A stretch of 16,492 nt of DNA from an uncultured Gemmatimonadota bacterium (GTDB lineage Bacteria > SM23-81), in the NCBI GenBank assembly GCA_964584035.1, contig CAZOYL010000054.1, forward strand, positions 1 through 16,492, read 5' to 3'. The notes under the pieces were generated by a model. That model was given only the letters and a program-made list of their open reading frames with translations, did not search any database and was not told the DNA's origin. Shown here piece after piece: positions 1 through 7,261 of the stretch (its first letter is position 1; every line of letters begins with the position of its first letter). Both the position numbers and the translations under genes were made by a program.

Positions 1-327
1 GCGGCCCGCGCCCTGGGCGCCGGCGACGGGCACATCATGTTTCGCGTCATCCTGCCCAACCTGGTGGCCCCCCTGATCGTCTATGGCACTCTGGCCGTGG
101 CCGGCAATATTCTCTTCGAGACGGCCCTCAGTTTCCTGGGCCTGGGGGTCCAGCCGCCCACGCCCAGCTGGGGCAACATGATCCGCGAGGGCATGGCCTA
201 CTATAACGTGGCCTGGTGGATCACCGCCTTTCCGGGCCTGTTCATCCTGCTGACGGTGTTAGCTTTCAATCTCATGGGCGACGGACTACGGGATGCCCTG
301 GATCCGCACTCCTTCTCGCGACAATAG
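1..327 (+). CDS. oppC: Oligopeptide/dipeptide ABC transporter permease, OppC/DppC type (5'-truncated by the window edge)
   Basis: Frame is open from base 1: AARALGAGDGHIMFRVILPN (EAA loop of ABC importers), then ETALSFLGLGVQPPTPSWGNMI and FNLMGDGLRDALDP, the typical OppC/DppC C-terminus. TAG at 325-327. Confidence 0.93.
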   Translation, partial: AARALGAGDGHIMFRVILPNLVAPLIVYGTLAVAGNILFETALSFLGLGVQPPTPSWGNMIREGMAYYNVAWWITAFPGLFILLTVLAFNLMGDGLRDALDPHSFSRQ

Positions 328-336
328 GAATTTCCC

Positions 337-1284
337 ATGACCGCTTACCTGCTCCGCCGGCTGATATGGGTCTTCTTCCTGCTGGTCGGGGTGTCTCTGA
401 CCACCTTCATCATCTTCTTTCTCATCCCGGCCAATCCGGCCGAGCTGGTGGCCGGGAAAAGCGCCACCCCGGAGATGATCGCGGCGGTGGAGCAGCGGCT
501 GGGCCTCGACCGGCCGTGGTACCAGCAATACGGGCTGTTTTTCTCCCGGGCCGTGCGGGGCGACCTGGGCTTCTCCTATATCACCCAGCAGCGGGTGGCC
601 CCCGCGCTGCTGGACGCCTTTCCGGTGACCCTTTCCCTGGCGGCCGGAGCCGCCATCATCTGGCTGGCCCTGGGCATTCCCATCGGGGTGCTCTCGGCCC
701 TCAAGCCCCGCTCCCTGCCCGACCGTCTGGCCATGATCTACGCCCTGGTGGGCATCTCCACTCCCGACTTCTGGCTGGGTCAGCTCATGCTGAAGATCTT
801 CGCCGACCTGCTGGGGCTGTTTCCCCTGGGCGACTACATGGAGATGGCCCGGGGCGGCGTGCTGTCGTGGATGCATCATCTGGTGCTGCCCTGGGTGACC
901 CTGGCCTTTCTCTATGCCGGCTGGTACGCCCGGATGACCCGCGCCAACCTGCTGGAGACCCTCGGTGAGGACTACGTGCGCACAGCCCGGGCCAAGGGCC
1001 TGGCGGAACGAAGGGTTATTTTCCGGCACGCCCTGCGGAACTCCCTGACCCCGGTGGTGACCATGTTCGGCATGGATCTGGGCTATCTGCTGGGCGGCGC
1101 GGTGCTGACCGAGACCGTTTTCGGCCTGCCGGGCATCGGCGGCCTGGCCTGGCGGGCCATTCAGCAGCGGGATCTTCCCATGGTCATGGGCGCGGTGACC
1201 TTCGCGGCCGTATTCATCATCCTGGCCAACCTGGCCGTGGATCTGTTCTATGCCGTTTTGGATCCGAGAGTACGGTACCGGTGA
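337..1284 (+). CDS. oppB: Oligopeptide/dipeptide/nickel ABC transporter permease, OppB/DppB type
   Basis: 315 aa. N-terminal YLLRRL + TM segment, LGLDRP..QY, GDLGFSY, EAA loop EDYVRTARAKGLAERRVIFRHALRN, ETVFGLPGIG and C-terminal DLFYAVLDPRVR. Confidence 0.95.
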   Translation: MTAYLLRRLIWVFFLLVGVSLTTFIIFFLIPANPAELVAGKSATPEMIAAVEQRLGLDRPWYQQYGLFFSRAVRGDLGFSYITQQRVAPALLDAFPVTLSLAAGAAIIWLALGIPIGVLSALKPRSLPDRLAMIYALVGISTPDFWLGQLMLKIFADLLGLFPLGDYMEMARGGVLSWMHHLVLPWVTLAFLYAGWYARMTRANLLETLGEDYVRTARAKGLAERRVIFRHALRNSLTPVVTMFGMDLGYLLGGAVLTETVFGLPGIGGLAWRAIQQRDLPMVMGAVTFAAVFIILANLAVDLFYAVLDPRVRYR

Positions 1285-1339
1285 AAAGCCGCTCTTAATA
1301 ACCGCTCGATGGACGGCCGTTATTATCTCCAAATTGTAG

Positions 1340-1368
1340 TTGACAATAACGATATGACTTAATATCTT
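1340..1368 (+). promoter_or_regulatory. Putative sigma70-type promoter for the GTPase-STAS unit
   Basis: Perfect -35 TTGACA at 1340-1345, a 17-nt spacer, and -10 TATCTT at 1363-1368 (4/6 match to TATAAT, conserved T-A...T kept). Lies in an AT-rich intergenic region 66 nt upstream of ATG 1435. Confidence 0.65.
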
Positions 1369-1434
1369 GACATCACCCCGAACGGATGACATTCATAACT
1401 GAGCAGTTAACTCTCAATCGATCACGCCGTAGAA

Positions 1435-2424
1435 ATGCCAGCCAATCTGACACCGCAATATTTCGCCGCCGAGCAACGGTGGCGGGAAGCCGCCACCATC
1501 GAGGAGCAGATCTCCGCCCTGCGGGAGATGCTCTCCGTCATGCCCAAGCACAAGGGCACCGACAAGCTCCAAGCCGATCTCAAGAGAAGAATCGCCAAGC
1601 TTCAGCTGGAAGCTAAAACCCAGAAGAAAATAGGGGGGCGCCGATCCGAACCGGGCTATGTGCCCAGGGAGGGCGCCGGCCAGGTGGCCGTTATTGGCCC
1701 GCCGAACTCCGGCAAATCCTCTTTTATTCAGGCGGTTACCCACGCCCACCCGGAGATAGCGGGCTATCCTTTCACCACCCAGAAACCGCTGGCCGCCATG
1801 TGGCCCTATGAGGATATCCAGATCCAGCTGGTCGATACCCCGGCCATCTCCGAGCAGTTCACGCCGCCCTGGATGACCAACCTCATTCGCCTGGCTGATC
1901 TGGCCCTGCTGATCGTCGATCTTGGAGATCGTCCGGCCGCCCAGGCCCAGAACGTCATCGATTATATGTCGAACACCAGCACGCACCTCGACGGCCGCGG
2001 CGGACAGCACGACGGTCAGGAGTCCATCGCCCTGGTGAAAACCATCATCGCCGGCAGCAAAAAGGAACGGCCCGGCGCGGACGGGACATTGGAGGATCTG
2101 TGCAGCAGGTTCGGAGATAAATTTCAAATCTTATCCTTCTCGGCCCAGACCGGGGAGGGGCTGGAGGAATTGCAGGGGGCCGTTTTCCGGACGCTGCAGA
2201 TCGTCCGCGTTTATACCAAAGAGCCGGGAGCGAAACCGGATCTGCAGCAGCCTTACGTGCTCAAGCTGGGCAGCAATGTCCTGGATCTGGCCGCCACCAT
2301 CCACCGGGACTTCTCCCATCAGCTGAAATCCGCCCGCATCTGGGGCTCCGGCAAATACGACGGCCAGAAGGTACACAAGGACCATGTCCTGAAGGATAGA
2401 GACATCATCGAGCTGCACCTGTGA
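1435..2424 (+). CDS. OBG-superfamily, DRG-like GTP-binding protein with C-terminal TGS domain (COG1163-like, archaeal-type)
   Basis: 329 aa. N-terminus MPANLTPQY...MPKHKGTDKLQADLKRRIAKL (DRG-type N-terminal helix). G1 GPPNSGKS (1696-1719), G2 YPFTT (1765-1779), G3-like DTPA (1834-1845), G5 SAQ. TGS domain VRVYTKEPG...IHRDF...ARIWGSGKYDGQKV..DHVLKDRDIIELH. Confidence 0.9.
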   Translation: MPANLTPQYFAAEQRWREAATIEEQISALREMLSVMPKHKGTDKLQADLKRRIAKLQLEAKTQKKIGGRRSEPGYVPREGAGQVAVIGPPNSGKSSFIQAVTHAHPEIAGYPFTTQKPLAAMWPYEDIQIQLVDTPAISEQFTPPWMTNLIRLADLALLIVDLGDRPAAQAQNVIDYMSNTSTHLDGRGGQHDGQESIALVKTIIAGSKKERPGADGTLEDLCSRFGDKFQILSFSAQTGEGLEELQGAVFRTLQIVRVYTKEPGAKPDLQQPYVLKLGSNVLDLAATIHRDFSHQLKSARIWGSGKYDGQKVHKDHVLKDRDIIELHL

Positions 2425-2470
2425 GCCCAGGAGCCGGATGGATCTCAGAATCCCATCTTTTTCACGGCAA

Positions 2471-2476
2471 AGGAGG
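2471..2476 (+). promoter_or_regulatory. Shine-Dalgarno site of the STAS gene
   Basis: AGGAGG 7 nt upstream of ATG 2484. Confidence 0.8.
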
Positions 2477-2483
2477 ATAGACC

Positions 2484-2825
2484 ATGGCGATGAAAGAAAA
2501 GATCAAGGACAGCGTGGCCATTCTGGAGCTCAAGGGAAAGCTCATGGGAGGCCCTGACTCTCAGGCCATGCACGATAAAATCCACGGTCTGATCGCTGAC
2601 GGCATCAAGCAGGTCGTCATCGACCTGTCGAAGACGAAATGGATGAACAGCTCCGGTCTGGGCGCCCTCATGGCCGGCCTGACCACGCTGCGCAATGCCG
2701 GCGGTGATCTCAAGCTGGCCAACGTAACCCAGAAGATCGAGAGCCTGTTGGTAATCACCAAACTGATTACCGTCTTTGAGACCTATGAATCCGTGGACCG
2801 GGCTGTGGTCAGTTTCAAAAAGTGA
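2484..2825 (+). CDS. STAS-domain anti-sigma-factor antagonist (SpoIIAA/RsbV family)
   Basis: 113 aa. ILELKGKLMGG...VVIDLSKTKWMNSSGLGALM...GGDLKLANV...LL.ITKL..VFETYES is the anti-anti-sigma STAS pattern, including the phosphorylatable Ser motif (NSSG). Strong RBS. Confidence 0.92.
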   Translation: MAMKEKIKDSVAILELKGKLMGGPDSQAMHDKIHGLIADGIKQVVIDLSKTKWMNSSGLGALMAGLTTLRNAGGDLKLANVTQKIESLLVITKLITVFETYESVDRAVVSFKK

Positions 2826-2844
2826 ATAACAACCGGCGACAGAG

Positions 2845-2873
2845 AAAAGCCCGGGAAAACCCGGGTTTTTTTT
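2845..2873 (+). terminator. Rho-independent terminator
   Basis: AAAAG-CCCGGG-AAAA-CCCGGG-TTTTTTTT: 6-bp all-GC stem (2850-2855/2860-2865), 4-nt loop, T8 tail (2866-2873), ~20 nt after the STAS stop. The upstream A-tract could make it bidirectional. Confidence 0.88.
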
Positions 2874-2899
2874 AGCCCCGCAGTGATGAGGAAGAACAG

Positions 2900-4981
2900 A
2901 TGAGCGATCCCGACAGACACCTTGATGAACTCTGTGTGAATACGATCCGGTTTCTGGCCGCCGACGCAATTCAAAAGGCCAACTCCGGACACCCCGGAAT
3001 GCCCATGGGCGCCGCGCCGATGGGCTATGTTCTGTGGACCCGCCATCTGAGGCACCACCCCGCCAATCCCGGCTGGATCGACCGCGACCGCTTCGTCCTC
3101 TCGGCCGGCCATGGATCCATGCTGCTGTATGCTCTCCTGCACCTCACCGGCTATGATCTGCCGCTCTCCCAGTTGCAGTCCTTTCGCCAGTGGTCCAGCC
3201 GGACGCCCGGACATCCGGAGGGGCTTTTCACGCCCGGCGTGGAGGCCACCACCGGCCCGCTGGGCCAGGGCATCGGCAATGCCGTGGGCATGGCCCTGGC
3301 CGAGGCCCACTTAGCGGCGCGGTATAACCGCCCCGGGGGCCGCATCATCGATCACCACACCTATGTCATCGCCGGCGACGGCGATCTCATGGAGGGCGTC
3401 AGTGCCGAGGCCTGCTCGCTGGCCGGACACTGGCGTCTGGGCAAGCTCATCCTCCTCTATGATGACAACCATATCTCCCTGGCCGGCTCTACCAGGCTGA
3501 GCTTCACCGAGGATACGGCCGAACGCTTCCAGGCTTATGGCTGGCAGGTTCTCACTGTGCCGGACGGCAACGATACCGGCGCGATCGACCAGGCACTGAA
3601 GAAGGCCCGGAAGGAATTGACCCGGCCCTCGATCATTCGCGTGAAGACCGTCATCGGCTACGGAGCGCCCGGCAAACAGAACACCTTCGGGGTTCATGGA
3701 TCGCCCCTGGGGCCGGAGGAGCTGGCCGCGGCGAAAAAAGCTCTCGGCTGGCCCCAAGAGCCAAATTTCTACATCCCCGAGGAGGCTCTCCGGCGGTTCC
3801 GCCAGGTTCAACAGAGCGGTGCCGAACTGGAATCCCAATGGAATGAGCAATACGCCCGCTATGGCGGCCTACACCCTGATCTGGCAAAGGAACTGACCCG
3901 GAGAATGGACGGCGCTCTGCCCGAAGGCTGGGACGGCGATCTGCCCGAGTTCGCCGCCGACCGCAAGGGGCTGGCCACCCGAAAAGCCTCCGAGGCCATC
4001 ATGCAGGCCCTGGCGCCGCGGCTTCCGGAGCTGATGGGCGGGTCGGCCGATCTCAATCCCTCCACCTATACCTGGCTGAAAGGACAGGGGGACTTTCAGT
4101 CAGCCGACGAAAAGCCCGCCGATCCCCAGGGGGCCGTCGGCGGGGAATGGAGCTATGCCGGCCGCAACATCCACTTCGGCGTTCGGGAGCACGCCATGGG
4201 CGCCATCGCCGGCGGCATGGCCCTGCACAGCGGCATCCTTCCCTACACGGCCACCTTTCTGGTGTTCTCCGACTATATGCGCCCGCCCATGCGCCTGGCC
4301 GCCCTGACGGGAATTCCCGTCATCTATGTCTTCACCCATGACAGCATCGGGGTGGGCGAGGACGGCCCCACCCACCAGCCCGTCGAACAGCTCATGAACC
4401 TGCGGGCGGTGCCCAACCTGACCGTCATCCGGCCGGCCGACGCCAACGAGACGGTCCAGGCCTGGAGAGCCGCCGTGCTGCACCGGGAGGGCCCTACCGC
4501 GCTGATCTTCTCGCGGCAGAAGCTGCCTGTTCTGGACCGGACCGCCTTCCCGCCGGCCGAAGCGCTGCACCGCGGCGCCTATATTCTGTGGCAGGCGGAG
4601 GACGGCCGACCGGACGTCGTCCTGATCGCCACCGGTTCCGAGGTGCACATCGCCCTGGCCGCGGCCGAGACGCTCCTGTCCGAGGGCATCAATCCCCGGG
4701 TGGTCTCCATGCCCAGCTGGGAGCTGTTCGACGCCCAGCCGGAGGACTATCGCCGGGAGGTGCTGCCGCCGGACGTCAAGGCCCGTGTGGCGGTCGAGGC
4801 GGGTGTCAAACTGGGCTGGGAGCATTACGTCGGCACGGACGGGGCCGTCGTCGGTCTGGATCGATTCGGGGCCAGCGCCCCCGGACCGGTGCTGTACGAA
4901 AAGCTGGGCATTACGGCCCGGGAAGTGGCGGCGCGGGCGAAGAACCTGCTGGGCCGAAGCGTTTACCGATCTCGAGAATAA
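2900..4981 (+). CDS. tkt: Transketolase
   Basis: 693 aa. [45 protein letters not shown]-binding GDGDLMEG...[44 protein letters not shown]. Confidence 0.98.
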   Translation: MSDPDRHLDELCVNTIRFLAADAIQKANSGHPGMPMGAAPMGYVLWTRHLRHHPANPGWIDRDRFVLSAGHGSMLLYALLHLTGYDLPLSQLQSFRQWSSRTPGHPEGLFTPGVEATTGPLGQGIGNAVGMALAEAHLAARYNRPGGRIIDHHTYVIAGDGDLMEGVSAEACSLAGHWRLGKLILLYDDNHISLAGSTRLSFTEDTAERFQAYGWQVLTVPDGNDTGAIDQALKKARKELTRPSIIRVKTVIGYGAPGKQNTFGVHGSPLGPEELAAAKKALGWPQEPNFYIPEEALRRFRQVQQSGAELESQWNEQYARYGGLHPDLAKELTRRMDGALPEGWDGDLPEFAADRKGLATRKASEAIMQALAPRLPELMGGSADLNPSTYTWLKGQGDFQSADEKPADPQGAVGGEWSYAGRNIHFGVREHAMGAIAGGMALHSGILPYTATFLVFSDYMRPPMRLAALTGIPVIYVFTHDSIGVGEDGPTHQPVEQLMNLRAVPNLTVIRPADANETVQAWRAAVLHREGPTALIFSRQKLPVLDRTAFPPAEALHRGAYILWQAEDGRPDVVLIATGSEVHIALAAAETLLSEGINPRVVSMPSWELFDAQPEDYRREVLPPDVKARVAVEAGVKLGWEHYVGTDGAVVGLDRFGASAPGPVLYEKLGITAREVAARAKNLLGRSVYRSRE

Positions 4982-5057
4982 CGTTCAGCGGCTGTTCCAT
5001 TCGGCAGCCTGCCCTCATCAGATAGCGAATACCACCTGAAAAGAAAGGAGCAGAACG

Positions 5058-5642
5058 ATGAAAAAGCTGTTCTGGATCTCGATCGTCATCGGCCTGGTAA
5101 TGCTGTCCTGTTCGACCGCCCGGCAGGTGGAGCGTATTGACCCCGGCCAGCAGATGGATCTCAGCGGGCGCTGGAATGACACCGATTCCAAACTGGTCGC
5201 CGAGGAGATGGTCAAGGACGGCCTTTCCCGCGTCTGGCTGACCGACTATATCGAGGAGAAGGGCCGCAAGCCGGTCATCATAGTCGGTTACATCAAGAAC
5301 AAGAGCCACGAATTGATCAGCAGCGAGACCTTCATCAAGGACATCGAGCGCGAATTCATCAACTCCGGAAAGGTCAAGGTCGTTCAGGCCGGCGCGGCCA
5401 GAGAGGAGCTGCGGGCCGAAAGATCGGATCAGCAGGATTTCGCCTCCCCGGAAACGATAAAAAAATGGGGTCAGGAAAAAGGCGCCGATTTCATCCTGCA
5501 GGGCGTCATCAACTCCATCGTGGATACCGAGGGCAAGCAGAAAGTGGTCTATTACCAGGTGGATCTGGAGCTGACCGATCTGGAGACCAACGAGAAAGAC
5601 TGGATCGGCACGAAGAAGATCAAGAAATTGGTGACCAACTAG
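5058..5642 (+). CDS. LpoB-like (penicillin-binding protein activator family, COG3417-like) lipoprotein
   Basis: 194 aa. RBS AAAGGAG at 5044-5050. Signal peptide MKKLFWISIVIGLVMLSC with lipobox Cys. DLSGRWNDTD..VAEEM, IKNKSHE.I, GADFILQG.I.SI and YYQVDLEL.DLETNE..W.G.K.IKK match the LpoB-family globular domain. Confidence 0.82.
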   Translation: MKKLFWISIVIGLVMLSCSTARQVERIDPGQQMDLSGRWNDTDSKLVAEEMVKDGLSRVWLTDYIEEKGRKPVIIVGYIKNKSHELISSETFIKDIEREFINSGKVKVVQAGAAREELRAERSDQQDFASPETIKKWGQEKGADFILQGVINSIVDTEGKQKVVYYQVDLELTDLETNEKDWIGTKKIKKLVTN

Positions 5643-5736
5643 CTCCTGCGGAACCATCCTTGTGAAGATCCGCAGGGGCAACGCGGCGCCGGGGGATAAC
5701 GGCCGCGTTCCACGGCGAAGAAAGGATCGGCAACGG

Positions 5737-7146
5737 ATGCCCGGTTTTTCAAGACGCTTCCGGTCATGGTCAATCGGTCTGACGCTCATTTTGGTTGCCG
5801 GCTGCGCCACCTATTATCAAAAGACCATCAAGTTCCAGGAGTCTTTCTCCCGGGCAGACTTTGAGACGGCGAACAAGATCCTGGACGAGAACAAAAAGGC
5901 CGGCCAGGGCAAGGACCGCTTGCTTTACTTCCTGCAGAAGGGCGTCGTGCTGCAGATGCTGGGACAGTATGCCGAGAGCAACAGGTTTTTTGAGGAGGCT
6001 TATCTTTTCACCGAGGATGTTCAGAGAAACTATGCCCTGGAAGCATTCAGCCTGTTATCGAATCCCACCGTTATTCCCTACCGGGGTGAGGACTTCGAGG
6101 TCGTCCAAATCCACTACTACAAGGCATTAAACTACCTGTGTCTCGATATGTATGAAGAAGCCCAGGTGGAGTGCCGACGGCTGAATATCAAGCTCAACCA
6201 GCTCAACGACCGCTACGCCCAGCGAAAGAATCGATATCGGCGCGATGCCTTCGCCCTGAACCTGATGGGCATCATCTTCGAGGCCAGCGGCGACATCAAC
6301 AACGCCTTCATCTCCTATCGCAACGCCTACGAGGCCTACCGCGAGGACTATGAACCGCAATTCAAGGTCAAGGTTCCGCTGCAGCTGAAAAAAGATCTGA
6401 TGCGCAGCGCCTATCTGAACGGCTTTGATGAGGAGCTGTCCCAATTCGAAAACGAGCTGGGCATGAGCTACCGTCATCAAGAGCCCCCGGGTGGCGAGCT
6501 GATCTTCTTTCTTAACAACGGATTGGGACCGGTCAAGTCGGAGTGGAGCATTAACTTTTTCGTGGTCAGAGGCAAAGGCGGCGTGGTCTCCTTCGTCAAC
6601 GAGGAGATGGGCCTATCCTTCCCGTTTCCCACGGGAAAAAGCGGCGACGCGGCGAATCTGGGCGATCTGAAATTCGTTCGGGCGGCCTTCCCGAAATATC
6701 TGGAGAGAAAACCCTATTATCGAAACGCCGAGGTGGCGGTAGCGGGCCAGCGGTACCCTCTGGAGGTCTCCCAAAACATCAACCAGATTGCCTTTGCAAC
6801 CCTGGAAGACCGCATGCTGCGAGAGCTGGCCACTTCACTGTTGCGCCTGGCGGCCAAACAGGCCGCCGAATATGCCGTCAGGAAAAAGAGCGAGGGCCTC
6901 GGCGCCCTGCTGTCGGGAGTCAATGCGATCACCGAAAAGACCGACACCCGGAACTGGCAGACCCTGCCTCATGACATCTCCTATGTACGAATTCCGCTTT
7001 CGGAAGGCACCTACGAAATGGAGCTGAGAAGCGACTCCCCTCAGGGAAGCCGCACCTTTTTTAGAACAATACCAATCGCCATTCGTAACGGCCGGACGAC
7101 ATTTCAACACTTCCATATCCTCGACAGCTTCCCCCCGGATGATTAA
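5737..7146 (+). CDS. Uncharacterised TPR-like lipoprotein, COG3014-like (start re-assigned from GTG 5662 to ATG 5737)
   Basis: ATG 5737 is preceded by AAAGGA (5721-5726) and gives a normal lipoprotein signal MPGFSRRFRSWSIGLTLILVAGC. Helical TPR-like N-half (DRLLYFLQKG..L..LGQY.ESN..FEEA; PYRGEDFE....YYKALNYL; DINNAFISY..A) and C-terminal EKTDTRNWQTLP motif recalled for COG3014 proteins, which are commonly next to lpoB-like genes. Confidence 0.75.
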   Translation: MPGFSRRFRSWSIGLTLILVAGCATYYQKTIKFQESFSRADFETANKILDENKKAGQGKDRLLYFLQKGVVLQMLGQYAESNRFFEEAYLFTEDVQRNYALEAFSLLSNPTVIPYRGEDFEVVQIHYYKALNYLCLDMYEEAQVECRRLNIKLNQLNDRYAQRKNRYRRDAFALNLMGIIFEASGDINNAFISYRNAYEAYREDYEPQFKVKVPLQLKKDLMRSAYLNGFDEELSQFENELGMSYRHQEPPGGELIFFLNNGLGPVKSEWSINFFVVRGKGGVVSFVNEEMGLSFPFPTGKSGDAANLGDLKFVRAAFPKYLERKPYYRNAEVAVAGQRYPLEVSQNINQIAFATLEDRMLRELATSLLRLAAKQAAEYAVRKKSEGLGALLSGVNAITEKTDTRNWQTLPHDISYVRIPLSEGTYEMELRSDSPQGSRTFFRTIPIAIRNGRTTFQHFHILDSFPPDD

Positions 7147-7261
7147 TACCGACCGCGCCGCGCCGCGGCAGGCCGGCGAGGGATGGGATGTCTCAATCGA
7201 TGCGGCCTGCGGATGATAAATAACCCTTGATTTCATACGCCAGCGACCTCTTTTTTACCTG

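Noticed and set aside
216..1392. Long alternative ORFs 216..968 (+) and 286..1392 (-) over the permeases
   Set aside because: Off-frame/antisense shadows of high-GC3 genes, with Gly/Arg/Pro/His-rich or mirror composition and no family motifs.
1367..1399. Second TTGACA as an independent promoter
   Set aside because: No acceptable -10 at 16-18 nt spacing (CATTCA/ATTCAT). Kept only as part of the motif-cluster finding.
1386..1616. 76-aa ORF as a leader peptide or small gene
   Set aside because: Overlaps the GTPase out of frame for most of its length, has no RBS and no recognisable features.
4990..5008. GGCTG/CAGCC hairpin after tkt as a terminator
   Set aside because: Only a 5-bp stem with a 9-nt loop and no U-tract.
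5662..5736. GTG 5662 start with an Arg-rich N-terminal extension (possible Tat signal)
   Set aside because: ATG 5737 has an RBS and gives a normal-length lipoprotein signal. The SRRF in that signal only loosely resembles the S-R-R-x-F-L-K Tat consensus, so Tat export is not claimed.
2783..5810. Antisense ORFs of 175-299 aa opposite tkt and the lpoB-like gene
   Set aside because: Typical antisense open frames caused by codon bias of well-supported + strand genes.
7147..7261. Known riboswitch (e.g. fluoride) or sigma70 promoter upstream of DUF432-mscS
   Set aside because: The consensus elements could not be matched by eye, and TTGATT at 7227-7232 has no suitable -10 at 17 nt.
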